64,000 nt of DNA, taken from an uncultured Spirochaetota bacterium (GTDB lineage: Bacteria > Spirochaetota > Spirochaetia > SZUA-6 > Fen-1364). Shown here piece by piece: positions 19,460-30,007 of the stretch. Position 1 is the first letter of the stretch. Each line of letters begins with the position of its first letter. The position numbers and the translations under genes were made by a program. The stretch lies in contig CAWAHW010000004.1 in NCBI GenBank assembly GCA_963781885.1, positions 448,001-512,000 of the forward strand. Reading direction: 5' to 3'. The notes below the pieces were generated by a model, which ran no database searches, was not told where the DNA came from, and saw only the letters and a program-made list of their open reading frames with translations.

Positions 19460-20664
19460 CGAAGAACCGCAAACTGTCCATGCCGTTCTGGTGCGTTGCA
19501 AACCCCGTGGGAGATCCGTTCGGCCCGGCGGTCATGGACCGCATGTCGTCCGTGGAAATCTGCGACCTTCTCTGCAAGGCGCGGGGCGAGAAGCTCATCG
19601 ACTTCACCTCCGCCCATGACGATGACCTCGTCGCCTGGGACCCGCACCACCTGGAGGACGACCTGGATCCCTCGAGCCCCGCGTCCCAGACGCTGCGCAC
19701 CATCAAGGAGAAGATGGACGCCGCCGAGCTGAAGATGGCCATGGTGACCTGCAGCCTCCACAACAACGTGGTCTTCAGGAACGGCGGTCTCACGAACCCC
19801 AATCCCGAGATCCGCCTGCTCGCCGCGCGCAAGGTCATGCGGACCATCCGGATCGGCAACTTCTTCGGCGCCGACTACCTCACCTACTGGGTCGCGCGGG
19901 ACGGCTTCGAGTGCCAGTTCTCGGTTCCCTGGGAGCGCACTTACAAGTACCTGATCGAAGGCCTCAATCTTGCCGAGCGCTACGCGAAGGAGCTGAACGG
20001 CACGCTCCGGCACGGCACCATCGAACCGAAGCCGAACGAGCCGCGCGGGGAGATGTACATCCCCACGACGGGACACGCGCTGGGCCTGATCGCCATGCTG
20101 AATGACCCGTCGTTCTGGGGCGTGAATCCCGAGGTTCTCCAGCACGAGGGCATGACCGGTCTCACCGCCGAGGTGGCCGTGGCGATGGCGGTGCACGCGC
20201 AGAAGCTCTTTTTCCTCCACGTCGGCAACCAGAAGCCGGGCCAGTTCGACAATGACCTGCCCTTCCTCGTGGGGATGGACGGCGTGAAGGAGATGGTCGC
20301 CGTGCTGTGGCTTCTGGATCGCATGAACTGGCAGGGGCACATCGAATACGACAACCACATCGTGCGCAGCGACACCGCACCCGGCAAGGAGAACGCCACC
20401 CGCATCCGCATGGACTTCATCCGCCAGAACGTGGAGAACTACCGCATGGCGGAGAAGAAGGCGCACGAGATCGGCGCGGATCCCGAGTTGTCCAAGCTGA
20501 TGGCGGCGCTCTGGGAGAAAGAGCCCGTCATCGCGAAGGCCCTGGCCCACGGCGATACCGCGGAGATCCTCAAGACCGCGCCGGACTACGACAAGGTCAA
20601 CGGCACGGGCATCCAGATCGCGCGGCTGGACCAGATGGTGACGCGGAAGCTCATGGGCATGTAG
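19456..20664 (+). CDS. xylA: Xylose isomerase-like protein (class I type, divergent)
   Basis: GDPFG, HDDDL, EPKPNEPRG, GVNPE..HE.M.GL, FDNDL. Confidence 0.75.
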   Translation: MTKNRKLSMPFWCVANPVGDPFGPAVMDRMSSVEICDLLCKARGEKLIDFTSAHDDDLVAWDPHHLEDDLDPSSPASQTLRTIKEKMDAAELKMAMVTCSLHNNVVFRNGGLTNPNPEIRLLAARKVMRTIRIGNFFGADYLTYWVARDGFECQFSVPWERTYKYLIEGLNLAERYAKELNGTLRHGTIEPKPNEPRGEMYIPTTGHALGLIAMLNDPSFWGVNPEVLQHEGMTGLTAEVAVAMAVHAQKLFFLHVGNQKPGQFDNDLPFLVGMDGVKEMVAVLWLLDRMNWQGHIEYDNHIVRSDTAPGKENATRIRMDFIRQNVENYRMAEKKAHEIGADPELSKLMAALWEKEPVIAKALAHGDTAEILKTAPDYDKVNGTGIQIARLDQMVTRKLMGM

Positions 20665-20697
20665 GCGGTCGGGCGCAGAGACCCGAGGGCCGCGATC

Positions 20698-21501
20698 ATG
20701 AAGCTCAGAAGAATTCCCCGCGACACCGCGGCCCTTGATTCCACGCTGCCGCTCCTGCTCCCCGGCGGGCGGGAGGGCGCCCTCCTCATCCACGGTTTCA
20801 CCGGCTCGCCCATGGAGGTCGCGGGGCTTGCGCAGCGCCTCCACGCGGCCGGGCTCACGGTGAGCGTCCCGCGCCTCCCCGGGCACGGCACGCGCGGCGA
20901 CGACTTCCTCCAGACGGGCTCGCGCGACTGGCTGCGCGCCGCCGTCGATGCATGGGCCGACATGAAGGGGCGCTGCGACACGGTGCACCTCATCGGCCAT
21001 TCGATGGGCGGGATACTCGCCGTGCTGCTCGCGTCGCATTTTCCCGTCGGGAGGCTTGTGCTTGTCGCTCCCGCCCTGCGCGCGTCGAATCCGCTCCTCG
21101 CAATCACCCCGATTCTCGGGCTCTTTGTCCGCAAGGTGCGTTGGCCGGTCACGACGACGCGCAGCGTGACGGATCCCGACACCGCGGTGCTCGCCCGCGA
21201 ATACTGGGCCTGGAGATTCCCCGGCCGGCTGCGCTCCTTCCTTCGTCTCCAGCGCATGGCCGTCCGCGCGCTCCGCGGCGTGAAAGCCGATACGCTCGTC
21301 GTCGTCGGGGGAAAGGACCAGACGGTGCCCGCGTCCGTCGCGGATTTCGTCGAACGGCGCATCGGCTCCCGGACGGTCCGACGCGTCGTGCTCCCGCAGG
21401 CGACGCACCAGACGCTTGCCGGCGCGGAAGGGGCGCCCGGTGTGGACGCCATCGTGGGTTTCTTGACATCGCGGGGGGCAACCGATACTGTCCGCGCATG
21501 A
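20698..21501 (+). CDS. Alpha/beta hydrolase (carboxylesterase/monoacylglycerol lipase-like)
   Basis: IHGFTGSP, LPGHGT, GHSMGG, G.KDQTV, His near C-terminus. Confidence 0.85.
   Translation: MKLRRIPRDTAALDSTLPLLLPGGREGALLIHGFTGSPMEVAGLAQRLHAAGLTVSVPRLPGHGTRGDDFLQTGSRDWLRAAVDAWADMKGRCDTVHLIGHSMGGILAVLLASHFPVGRLVLVAPALRASNPLLAITPILGLFVRKVRWPVTTTRSVTDPDTAVLAREYWAWRFPGRLRSFLRLQRMAVRALRGVKADTLVVVGGKDQTVPASVADFVERRIGSRTVRRVVLPQATHQTLAGAEGAPGVDAIVGFLTSRGATDTVRA
21463..21491 (+). promoter_or_regulatory. Leaderless-type internal promoter of leuB
   Basis: TTGACA-N17-TACTGT-N6-ATG. Confidence 0.5.
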
Positions 21502-22544
21502 GTAGGATTGCGGTCATCCCCGGTGACGGGACCGGACCCGAGGTCGTGCGGGAGGGCATGAAGGTCCTCACGGCGGCATCGAAGAAGTTCTCCCTCCCCC
21601 TCGCCTTCACGACGTTCGATTGGGGCGGAGCGCGTTACCTGAAGACCGGCGAGACTCTTCCCGATGGCGCCGTGCAGACCCTCCGCGGATACGATGCGAT
21701 CTACCTCGGCGCCATCGGACACCCCGACGTGAAGCCCGGCATCCTCGAGCAGGGCATCCTGCTGCGGCTGCGTTTCGAGCTCGACCAGTACATCAACCTG
21801 CGGCCCGTCCGCCTGTACCCGAACGTGGAAACGCCGCTTGCCGGCAAGGGCCCGAAGGACATCGATTTCGTCATCGTGCGGGAGAACGTCGAAGGTCTCT
21901 ACACCGGCGCCGGCGGCTTCCTGAAAAAGGGCACGCCGGACGAGGTGGCGATCCAGGAGATGGTCTACACGCGCAAGGGCGTGGAGCGCTGCCTGCGCTT
22001 CGCCTTCGAGTTCACGCGGAAACGCAACAGGCGGAAGAAGCTCACCATGGCGGGAAAAACCAATGTCCTCACCTACGTGCAAGATCTGTGGTACCGCACC
22101 TTCATGGAGCTCGCGAAAGAGTATCCCGACGTGACGACCGACTACGCGCACATCGACGCCACCACCATGTGGATGGTGAAGAACCCCGAATGGTTCGACG
22201 TGATCGTCACGGAAAACATGTTCGGCGACATCATCACCGACCTCGGCGCCATCATCCAGGGCGGCATGGGCGTGGCCGCGGGAGGAAATCTCAACCCGCA
22301 GGGCGTCTCCATGTTCGAGCCCATCGGCGGATCGGCGCCGAAGTACACGGGCCAGGACGTCATCAACCCGGTGGCGTCCATCCTTGCCGGCGCCATGATG
22401 CTGGAGCAGCTCGGCCACGCCGCGGCCGCGGAGGCCGTGGAGAAGTCGACCGTCGCCGTGATCGGCAGGATGAAAAGCCAGGCGGCGGGCAAGATGGGAT
22501 ACTCCACGAGCCAGATCGGCGACATGGTCGCCGCCGGCCTGTAG
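21498..22544 (+). CDS. leuB: 3-isopropylmalate dehydrogenase (beta-hydroxyacid decarboxylating dehydrogenase family)
   Basis: IPGDGTGPEV, LLRLRFELDQYINLRP, RENVEG.Y, ENMFGDI.TD, MFEPIGGSAP. Confidence 0.85.
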   Translation: MSRIAVIPGDGTGPEVVREGMKVLTAASKKFSLPLAFTTFDWGGARYLKTGETLPDGAVQTLRGYDAIYLGAIGHPDVKPGILEQGILLRLRFELDQYINLRPVRLYPNVETPLAGKGPKDIDFVIVRENVEGLYTGAGGFLKKGTPDEVAIQEMVYTRKGVERCLRFAFEFTRKRNRRKKLTMAGKTNVLTYVQDLWYRTFMELAKEYPDVTTDYAHIDATTMWMVKNPEWFDVIVTENMFGDIITDLGAIIQGGMGVAAGGNLNPQGVSMFEPIGGSAPKYTGQDVINPVASILAGAMMLEQLGHAAAAEAVEKSTVAVIGRMKSQAAGKMGYSTSQIGDMVAAGL

Positions 22545-22555
22545 AACGGGCTCCC

Positions 22556-23647
22556 CTACCGGAACAGACCCTGCGTCTTCTCGTACATCGCGACGTTCTC
22601 GATGTAGTCGGGGCTGTCGATGAACTGGTCGATGGCCCCGATGCGGATGGAGATCGCGCGAAGCTCCTCTGACGAGATGGAGGAAAGCAGCGCATTGGCG
22701 AAACGATCCGCCTGGATCACCTGGTAGGGGCGGGCGAAGAACTGACGCGGCGCGGGATCAATGGGACCCGTGATTCCCCGCTCATTCTGCATTTCCGCAA
22801 GCGTCCGATACGCCGCTGACAGGCTTTCCTCGATCTCCCCGTAATCCTTTGCCTGGAGCGCCCGTGAGAGAAGGGGTGAAAGCGCGCTGCTGCCGCGGAG
22901 CCGGGCGAACGCGCTGCCCAGCCACTTTTCGTACGGCGCATACGTCTTTTCCAGCAGGAAGCAGAGCTTCATACAGTCCCGCACGATGCGCGCCGTCACG
23001 AGGCGCATGCCGATGGCGTCACCCGCCTCCGCGCACCGGCCGACGAATGATTCCTGCTGCGCGATCCTGCGCCACTGGCAGGCGAGCTTGTAGACCCAGA
23101 CGTCGCGGGGGCAGTCGCCGAGTGCCGCGCGGAAGGCGGCGAGCTCCCCGCGCGGGTCATGGAAGACGGCGCCTGCCGTGAGCTCCAGCAGCCTCTCATC
23201 GGGGAGCACGAGCCAGTCCGTCGGCGCAAGCGGCGTGCGGAGGTCCCTGCCCAGGTAGCGGCGAAGGTAGTCGTCGATCGTTGTAATCTCGATGAGGTGC
23301 GATGCCCCACCGGGGTCGGGCATCTGCGTTCCGTTGTCGAGTGGGTCTGGTTCCGAGAAGCCTGCCGCGTACCCGTGGAAGACGTGCGGCAGACCGTTGC
23401 GGAGCGCCTCGTCGAGCGGGCCGGCGCAGGCAGCGGCGATGTCAGCGGAGAGGAATACCTGGAAGCGCGGTCCCCAGTTGTGATCCGTCGATCGCTCCGA
23501 GTCGTAGCCCAGGACATCGGAGCCGTACCCGATGAGCGCGGCCGCGTAGGAAGCGGATGGGACGATGCCTTCTATGACCGGGCGGGCCGCCTCATCGTAG
23601 AGCATTCTCCCAAGGGCAAGCCCCGGGATGAACGGCCTGCCGCTCAT
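22556..23647 (-). CDS. DUF4037 family (nucleotidyltransferase-like) protein
   Basis: GYGSDVLGYD.ERSTDHNWGP, GAVFHD, YAPYEKWLG. Confidence 0.75.
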   Translation of the reverse strand: MSGRPFIPGLALGRMLYDEAARPVIEGIVPSASYAAALIGYGSDVLGYDSERSTDHNWGPRFQVFLSADIAAACAGPLDEALRNGLPHVFHGYAAGFSEPDPLDNGTQMPDPGGASHLIEITTIDDYLRRYLGRDLRTPLAPTDWLVLPDERLLELTAGAVFHDPRGELAAFRAALGDCPRDVWVYKLACQWRRIAQQESFVGRCAEAGDAIGMRLVTARIVRDCMKLCFLLEKTYAPYEKWLGSAFARLRGSSALSPLLSRALQAKDYGEIEESLSAAYRTLAEMQNERGITGPIDPAPRQFFARPYQVIQADRFANALLSSISSEELRAISIRIGAIDQFIDSPDYIENVAMYEKTQGLFR

Positions 23648-23650
23648 GCC

Positions 23651-24901
23651 TCACGCGCCGGGAAACTCGACAGTGGCGAAGTAATCGTCAATGGTTTCCG
23701 CGCGTCGAATCTGTCTCACCGAGCCGTCGGGCGCAAGGAGAAGCTCGGCGGATCGCAGCTTGCCGTTGTAGTTGAAACCCATCGCGTGCCCATGCGCACC
23801 GGTGTCGTGGATCACGACCAGATCGCCCTCTTCGATCCGGGGCAGCATCCGATCGATGGCGAACTTGTCGTTGTTCTCGCAGAGGGAGCCCGTCACGTCG
23901 TACGTGTGGTCCGCCGAGGCCTTGTCCTTGCCGACCACCGTGATGTGATGGTAGGCGCCGTAGATCGCGGGCCGCATGAGATTGGCCATGCACGCGTCCA
24001 CGCCGACGAAATCCTTGTACGTGTGCTTCAGATGGAGCACCCGCGTCACCAGCCACCCGTAGGGACCCATGATCGCGCGTCCGCTCTCCATGCACAGGCG
24101 AAGGGGATGGAGCCCCCGACCCCGGATCATTTCATCATAGACTGCCTGCACGCCCTTGCCGAGCGCCTGCCAGTCGATCGCTGTCTGCTCGGGCTTGTAT
24201 GGGATGCCGAAACCGCCGCCCAGATTCACGAACTCGATGCGTATCCCGACCTCCCGCGTGATCTCGGCGACCAGATCGAAGAGCAGGCGCGCCGTTTCCA
24301 GGTGGTAGTCGAGTGAGAGCTCGTTGGAAGCGATCATGGCGTGGAGGCCGAACCGCTTCACACCCCTGTCGCGCGCAATGGCGTAGCCAGTCATGAGCTG
24401 ATCGCGGGTGAAGCCGTATTTCGCCTGCTCGGGCGCGCCGATGATGGCGTTGCCTTCCCGCAGCGGGCCGGGGTTGTAGCGGAAGGAAAGGAGGTCCGGC
24501 AGACCCGCGTGCTTCTGCAGAAAGTCGATGTGGGTGATGTCGTCGAGGTTGATGATCGCGCCGAGCTTCTTCGCCTTCACGTACTCGGCCGAAGGGGTGT
24601 CGTTGGAGGTGAACATGATTCTTTCGCCCGTGAGACCGAGCTTTTCGCACAAGACCAGCTCGGGCATCGAGCTGCAATCCGCGCCGAAGCCCTCCTCCAT
24701 CATGATGCGCACGATATGCGGGTTCGGGCAGGCCTTGACGGCAAAGTGCTCGCGGAAACCTTCCGCCCATGAGAAGGCGGCCTTCAAGGCACGCGCGTTC
24801 GCCCGGATGCCCTTCTCATCGTAGATGTGAAATGGCGTTGGGTGCGCGCGGACAATCTCTTCCAGCCTGCTGCGCGTGAAAGGAAGCAGCTTGTCGGGCA
24901 T
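23651..24901 (-). CDS. lysA: Diaminopimelate decarboxylase
   Basis: TPFHIYDE, FAVKA, NLGGGFG, ESGR, GSLCENND, GAHG.AMGFNYN. Confidence 0.92.
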   Translation of the reverse strand: MPDKLLPFTRSRLEEIVRAHPTPFHIYDEKGIRANARALKAAFSWAEGFREHFAVKACPNPHIVRIMMEEGFGADCSSMPELVLCEKLGLTGERIMFTSNDTPSAEYVKAKKLGAIINLDDITHIDFLQKHAGLPDLLSFRYNPGPLREGNAIIGAPEQAKYGFTRDQLMTGYAIARDRGVKRFGLHAMIASNELSLDYHLETARLLFDLVAEITREVGIRIEFVNLGGGFGIPYKPEQTAIDWQALGKGVQAVYDEMIRGRGLHPLRLCMESGRAIMGPYGWLVTRVLHLKHTYKDFVGVDACMANLMRPAIYGAYHHITVVGKDKASADHTYDVTGSLCENNDKFAIDRMLPRIEEGDLVVIHDTGAHGHAMGFNYNGKLRSAELLLAPDGSVRQIRRAETIDDYFATVEFPGA

Positions 24902-25018
24902 GAAATCCTCCCTGCACGAGTGTAGCCAGCGTCGCGCGGCATGTCCACTCCGTGATGGCGGGAAGGGGAGAAGCATGATAGACTGGCGCCGCGCTTTCTT
25001 CTCGCCGCCAACAGACAC

Positions 25019-25984
25019 ATGAAGCGTTTCAGCGCAGAGATTCCCGACCCCGAGCCTCCTTCTCTCTCTGCCATGGCCCCTTCCATGGTCCGACCGTATG
25101 CCGCGCTCGGCGTGAGCATGGCGGTCGTCTCATCGGCGGCGATCCTCATCTCGCTCGCCCGCGCACAGGGCGTGCCCGCGCTTTCCATCGCCGCGCTGCG
25201 GATGGGCCTCGCGGCCCTTGTCTTCCTGCCCGTCGCGGTCGTGCGCTGCCGACGGGAAGTGCGGTCGCTCGCCGCGGGCGACGTGGTGAAGATCGTCTGC
25301 GCGGGCATCCTGCTCGCGCTGCACTTTGCGTTCTGGATCAGCTCCTTCGATTACACCTCGGTGATGAGCTCGGTGGTCTTCGTGAGCACGAACCCGCTCT
25401 TCGTGGCACTTGCCTCCGTCCTGCTCCTGAAGGAAAAGATCGGGCGCGCCACGGCGATCGGCATCGTCGTGGCGGTGGCGGGGGGCGCGGTCGTCGGGCT
25501 TGCGGACGTAAGCCAGGCAGGGCACGGATCGCTGCGCGGAGACCTCCTGTCCCTGGCGGGCGCGATTGCGGCGTCGGGCTACCTGCTCCTTGGGCGCAGC
25601 GTGCGCCGGCGCGTCTCCCTGACGCTCTACGTCGGGATCGCCTACACGACCGCCGCCCTGGCGCTCATGGCCGCCGTCGCCGTCACGCGCGCCGGCCTGG
25701 CAGGCTATCCGCCGCAAGGCTACCTGTGGGTGGCGCTCCTCGCGCTCGGGCCCCAGCTCCTCGGTCACACGTCGTACAACTGGGCCCTGAAGTACGTCAC
25801 GGCCACCCTCGTCACCATCACGCTCCTGGCGGAGCCCATCGGGGCGACGCTTCTCGCGATACCGATTCTCGGTCAGGTACCCACGCCGCTGCGCGTCGGC
25901 GGCGGCGCGCTCATCCTTGCCGGCATCTTCATCTCGGCGCGGAGCGAGGCGCGCCGGCGCATCCAAGGGAGGAATGCCGGATGA
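25019..25984 (+). CDS. DMT/EamA family transporter (start may be ~25073)
   Basis: ~10 TM helices in two repeats; LALHFAFWI.S, GHTSYNWAL, EPIGA. Confidence 0.85.
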   Translation: MKRFSAEIPDPEPPSLSAMAPSMVRPYAALGVSMAVVSSAAILISLARAQGVPALSIAALRMGLAALVFLPVAVVRCRREVRSLAAGDVVKIVCAGILLALHFAFWISSFDYTSVMSSVVFVSTNPLFVALASVLLLKEKIGRATAIGIVVAVAGGAVVGLADVSQAGHGSLRGDLLSLAGAIAASGYLLLGRSVRRRVSLTLYVGIAYTTAALALMAAVAVTRAGLAGYPPQGYLWVALLALGPQLLGHTSYNWALKYVTATLVTITLLAEPIGATLLAIPILGQVPTPLRVGGGALILAGIFISARSEARRRIQGRNAG

Positions 25985-26023
25985 GAAAAACGGCGGCCGC
26001 CACGCCCTGCGCTCCGCGCCGAT

Positions 26024-27097
26024 CTACCCGGCGATGACCCCGCCGGCGACAAGGATGTCGTCGTCATAGAAGACCGCCCACTGGCCGCGGGCAATGGCGC
26101 GCTGCGGCTCATCGAACAGGACGCGCGCCCGGCCGCCCGGCAGCGCGGTGACCTCCGCGCGCGCCGCGGGGCCCTTGGAGCGTATCTTCACCTCCAGACG
26201 CAGCGGCGCGGCGGGTTCCGCAACGGCAGCCCAGTTCATTCGCGCCGCCGTGAGCTCACGGCTGTACAGGCTTGCGTCGGGTCCCGCAACAACGGTGTTC
26301 GTTGCGGCATCAAGCCGGGTCACGTAAAGCGGTTCCCCGCCGCCGACGCCCAGCCCCCGGCGCTGCCCGACGGTATATCCCCAGATCCCCTTGTGCGCGC
26401 CGATGACCCGGCCTTCAAGGTCGGTGATGTCGCCATCCTTCTCCGGGGCATTCACCACCGCCCGGTAGCCGCCCGCGGCAAAGTCCTGGCTCTCGGGACG
26501 GTCGTGATTGGCAAGACCCGCCTCCCGCGCGAGGCTCCTCACGTACGGCTTGCCGAGCTCTCCGAGGGGAAAGACGACCCGCGAAAGCTGGGTCTGGTCG
26601 AGCATGCAGAGGAAGTAGGACTGGTCCTTGGAGGGATCCGCCGCGACGCGGATCGCGTAGCGTCCCGCTTCTTCCATGCGGACGATGCGGGCGTAGTGAC
26701 CCGTGGCAAAGAAGTCGAAGTCGATGCCGAGGCTGGACGGCAGCTTCTGGAGGAGCATGCCGAACTTCACGCGCTGGTTGCAGAGCACGCAGGGGTTGGG
26801 GGTGCGGCCCGCCAGGTATTCATCGCGGGTATAATCGAGGACGAGCGATTTGTAGTCCTCGCGCAGGTCCACGATCGAATGCGGGATGCCGAGCGCTGCG
26901 CAGACCCGCGCCGCCTCGTCGATGTCCCCCTGTTCGCCGGGGCCGTAGCAGGAATCTGGCACGGGACCGTCGGCGGCCTTGCCCGAGTAGATGCTCATCG
27001 TGACGCCGCGCACGTCGTGCCCGGCGTCGCGCAAGAGAAGGGCGGCGACGGACGAGTCGACGCCGCCGCTCATGCCCACGACAACGCGCTTCTTCAC
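26024..27097 (-). CDS. mnmA: tRNA 2-thiouridine(34) synthase
   Basis: SGGVDS, TPNPCVLCN, ATGHYAR, KDQSYFL, YTVGQRRGL, QRAIARGQ. Confidence 0.93.
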   Translation of the reverse strand: MKKRVVVGMSGGVDSSVAALLLRDAGHDVRGVTMSIYSGKAADGPVPDSCYGPGEQGDIDEAARVCAALGIPHSIVDLREDYKSLVLDYTRDEYLAGRTPNPCVLCNQRVKFGMLLQKLPSSLGIDFDFFATGHYARIVRMEEAGRYAIRVAADPSKDQSYFLCMLDQTQLSRVVFPLGELGKPYVRSLAREAGLANHDRPESQDFAAGGYRAVVNAPEKDGDITDLEGRVIGAHKGIWGYTVGQRRGLGVGGGEPLYVTRLDAATNTVVAGPDASLYSRELTAARMNWAAVAEPAAPLRLEVKIRSKGPAARAEVTALPGGRARVLFDEPQRAIARGQWAVFYDDDILVAGGVIAG

Positions 27098-27110
27098 CGC
27101 GCGGTCCTCC

Positions 27111-27593
27111 TCAGATCACGTAGTTCCCCGTCGGCTCGCCCAGCTCCCGCGCGTCCTGCGCGAGGGCGGCCAGCGTGAAGGAGGAGAGGGAGCGTACGAT
27201 GTCGTCGCGGAGCTTCTGCCAGACACGGGTGGCCACGCACATCGTGGCCCGTTCGCAGCCGGCGGGGTTCTCCCCGCACTCCCCGACGCTCGCGCCCGCC
27301 GCCGGATCCACGCACGGCACCGGGGCGATGCTCCCCTCGATTGCCTCCACCACGTCGCGCACCGTTATATCCCCCGGCGGGCGCGCGAGGGAATAGCCCC
27401 CGTGCGCGCCGCGCTGGGAAAGAACGAGCCCCGCCGCCTTCAGCGGGATGATGATCTGACCGAGGTACTTTTCCGATATGCCCTCCTGCCGGGAGATCTC
27501 CCGCAGGAGGCTGATGCCATCCCCGTAGCGCAACGCCAGCGCCACCATGAGCCTCACGCCATAGCGGCTGCGGGTCGACATCTGCAGGGACAT
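27111..27593 (-). CDS. Rrf2 family regulator (CymR/IscR-like) with four Cys
   Basis: MSTRSRYG, IS..QEGISEKYL.Q, S.RGAHGGY.LA. Confidence 0.9.
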   Translation of the reverse strand: MSLQMSTRSRYGVRLMVALALRYGDGISLLREISRQEGISEKYLGQIIIPLKAAGLVLSQRGAHGGYSLARPPGDITVRDVVEAIEGSIAPVPCVDPAAGASVGECGENPAGCERATMCVATRVWQKLRDDIVRSLSSFTLAALAQDARELGEPTGNYVI

Positions 27594-27596
27594 GCC

Positions 27597-28535
27597 TCAG
27601 AGATCCTCGAAGAGCCAGGTGCTGAGGTACCGCTCGCCGGTGTCGGGGAGAACGACGACGATCAGCTTGCCCGCGTTCTCGGGGCGCTTGGCCACCTGGA
27701 TCGCTCCCCAGGCCGCGGCCCCCGAGGAGATGCCCACGAGGAGTCCTTCCTCGCGCGCCAGGCGCCGGGCGGTCTTTCCCGCGTCCTCCTCCTCGATCTT
27801 CACGACCTCGTCGATCAGCTCGCGCCGGAGCACTGCCGGAATGAACCCCGCGCTGATGCCCTGGATCTTATGCGGCGAGTGCGGGCCGTCCCCGGTGAGC
27901 AGAGGCGACTTGAACGGCTCGACGGCGATGATCTTCACGCCGGGCTTCTTCTTCTTGAGAAGCTCCGCGACGCCCGTGATGGTCCCGCCTGTCCCGACGC
28001 CACCCACGAAGATATCGATCTTGCCGTCGGTGTCCTTCCAGATCTCCTCCGCCGTCGTCTTGCGGTGCATCTCGGGGTTGGCGGGGTTCTCGAACTGCTG
28101 CGGCATGTAGGAGTTCGGTGTCTGTTCCAGGATCTCCTTCACCTTCTCGATGGCGCCCTTCATGCCCTGCGGCGCCGGCGTGAGCACGAGCTCGGCGCCT
28201 AGCGCCTTCAACAGCTTCCGGCGCTCGATGCTGAAGCTCTCCGGCATCGCGATGATGCAGCGGTAGCCCTTGACAGCCGCCACGTAGGCGAGCCCGATCC
28301 CCGTGTTGCCGCTCGTCGGCTCGACGATGACGCTGCCCTTTTTCAGGAGACCGCGCTTCTCCGCGTCCTCCACCATCGCCAGGGCGATCCTGTCCTTCAC
28401 GCTCGACAGGGGGTTGCGCGATTCGAGCTTCGCCACGACCTCGGCCTTCGCCCCGTCGGTTACCTTGTTCAGGCGCACGAGGGGCGTGTTGCCGATGAGC
28501 TCAAGAATATTCGATTTGATATTCATTTTCCGCAT
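27597..28535 (-). CDS. cysK: Cysteine synthase A
   Basis: [43 protein letters not shown]. Confidence 0.95.
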   Translation of the reverse strand: MRKMNIKSNILELIGNTPLVRLNKVTDGAKAEVVAKLESRNPLSSVKDRIALAMVEDAEKRGLLKKGSVIVEPTSGNTGIGLAYVAAVKGYRCIIAMPESFSIERRKLLKALGAELVLTPAPQGMKGAIEKVKEILEQTPNSYMPQQFENPANPEMHRKTTAEEIWKDTDGKIDIFVGGVGTGGTITGVAELLKKKKPGVKIIAVEPFKSPLLTGDGPHSPHKIQGISAGFIPAVLRRELIDEVVKIEEEDAGKTARRLAREEGLLVGISSGAAAWGAIQVAKRPENAGKLIVVVLPDTGERYLSTWLFEDL

Positions 28536-28540
28536 TCTCC

Positions 28541-29836
28541 TCAGGTCTGTTTCAAAGCCTGATCGATATCGTCCTTGATGTCGTCCACATGTTCAATACC
28601 GATGGAAAGACGCACGAGCTCGGGGCTCAAGCCGCCTTCGCGCTGCTGCTCCTCCGAGAGCTGGGAATGCGACGTGCTCGCGGGGTGCAGGGCGAGGCTC
28701 TTCGCGTCACCGACATTCGCCAGGTGCGACAGGAGCTTCAGGGAGTTGATGAACTTCTCCCCCGCCGCCTTGCCGCCCTTCGTGCCGAACACGACCATGC
28801 CGCCGAACCCGTTTTTCAGGTACTTGCTGGCCACCTTGTAGGTCGGGTCATCGGGCAGACCGGGGTAGCGGACCCAGGAGACCTTCGGGTGCTTCTTCAG
28901 CCACTGCGCGATCTCCAGGGCATTGCTGGAATGCCGCGCCATGCGCACGGGAAGGCTCTCCACGCCCTGGATGAAGATCCATGCGTTGTCGGGAGAGATG
29001 GCAGATCCGAGGTTGCGCAGGGGCACGGTGCGCAGACGCAGCGCGAAGGCGATGGGTGCAAGCGCGGCCGGAAGGTCATGCGCCCACTTCAAGCCGTGGT
29101 AGTTGGGATCGGGATCGTTGAACAGGGAGAACTTCTTGTCCTTCCAGTCGAACTTCCCCGCGTCGGTGACGATGCCGCCTATTGCCGTGCCGTGCCCGCC
29201 GATCCACTTTGTCAGCGAGTTGACCACGATGTCGGCGCCGTGCTCGATGGCGCGGAAAAGAACGGGCGTCGTGAATGTCGCGTCCACGATGAGCGGCAGG
29301 CCGTGCGCGTGCGCGATTTTCGCCACCGCGGGGATGTCGACGAAGTCCAGGGCAGGGTTGCCGATGGTCTCCACGAAGATCGCACGCGTCTTCGGGGTGA
29401 TGGCCTTTTCATAGCCGGCAAGGTCGTCGTGCTTCACGAACCTCGTGGTGATGCCGAACTGCGGGAAAATGGCATCGAACATGGTGTAGGTCCCGCCGTA
29501 GAGGTTGTTCGCCGACACGATCTCGTCCCCCTGCTTTGCAAGGGTGATGATCGCGTAGTGAATGGCAGCGGTTCCCGATGCCACGGCGACCGAGGCTGCG
29601 CCGCCTTCCAGCAAGGTTATTCTCTGCTCCAGCACGTCCTGGGTCGGGTTCATGATGCGGGTGTAGATGTTCCCCAGCTCCTTCAGGGCGAAAAGGTTGG
29701 CCGCCCTTTCCGTGCTCGGGAATACGTACGAGCTGGTACGGTGCACGGGCACACCCCGCGCCGTTGTGGTCGGGTCAACGGTCTGACCCCCGTGTACTGC
29801 CAAGGTTTCCAGCCTCAGCTTCTTCTCGTCGCTCAT
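28541..29836 (-). CDS. metY: O-acetylhomoserine sulfhydrylase
   Basis: [43 protein letters not shown]. Confidence 0.93.
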   Translation of the reverse strand: MSDEKKLRLETLAVHGGQTVDPTTTARGVPVHRTSSYVFPSTERAANLFALKELGNIYTRIMNPTQDVLEQRITLLEGGAASVAVASGTAAIHYAIITLAKQGDEIVSANNLYGGTYTMFDAIFPQFGITTRFVKHDDLAGYEKAITPKTRAIFVETIGNPALDFVDIPAVAKIAHAHGLPLIVDATFTTPVLFRAIEHGADIVVNSLTKWIGGHGTAIGGIVTDAGKFDWKDKKFSLFNDPDPNYHGLKWAHDLPAALAPIAFALRLRTVPLRNLGSAISPDNAWIFIQGVESLPVRMARHSSNALEIAQWLKKHPKVSWVRYPGLPDDPTYKVASKYLKNGFGGMVVFGTKGGKAAGEKFINSLKLLSHLANVGDAKSLALHPASTSHSQLSEEQQREGGLSPELVRLSIGIEHVDDIKDDIDQALKQT

Positions 29837-29861
29837 TCGGTGCTCCTCTCTCGCTCAGCAT

Positions 29862-29958
29862 TTACTACCATTTCGATAGTAATACTATTGATATTAGCAA
29901 AGCCCAAAAATCTTGTCAAGAGACAATTTTACTATTCCTATAGATTAGGTAGTATTAC
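29862..29958. promoter_or_regulatory. AT-rich divergent control region: metY promoter and two palindromic operator candidates
   Basis: Minus-strand TTGACA-N17-TAATAT (29891-29919); TTACTA-N9-TAGTAA (29862-29882); TACTA-N15-TAGTA (29930-29954). Confidence 0.65.
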
Positions 29959-30007
29959 TTTTTCTCAGGCAAAGAAATGGCTTCGTGACAAGGTGAACGG
30001 AGGGAGA

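Noticed and set aside
24902-25018. Lysine riboswitch upstream of lysA
   Set aside because: Region too short and lacks the consensus
25972-25999. Possible further copy of the dispersed element (GAATGCCG...CGGCGGCCG)
   Set aside because: Only a 4-bp stem and a dissimilar loop; could be chance
29837-30007. SAM riboswitch upstream of metY or cbs
   Set aside because: No SAM-I core; region is explained by promoter and operator palindromes
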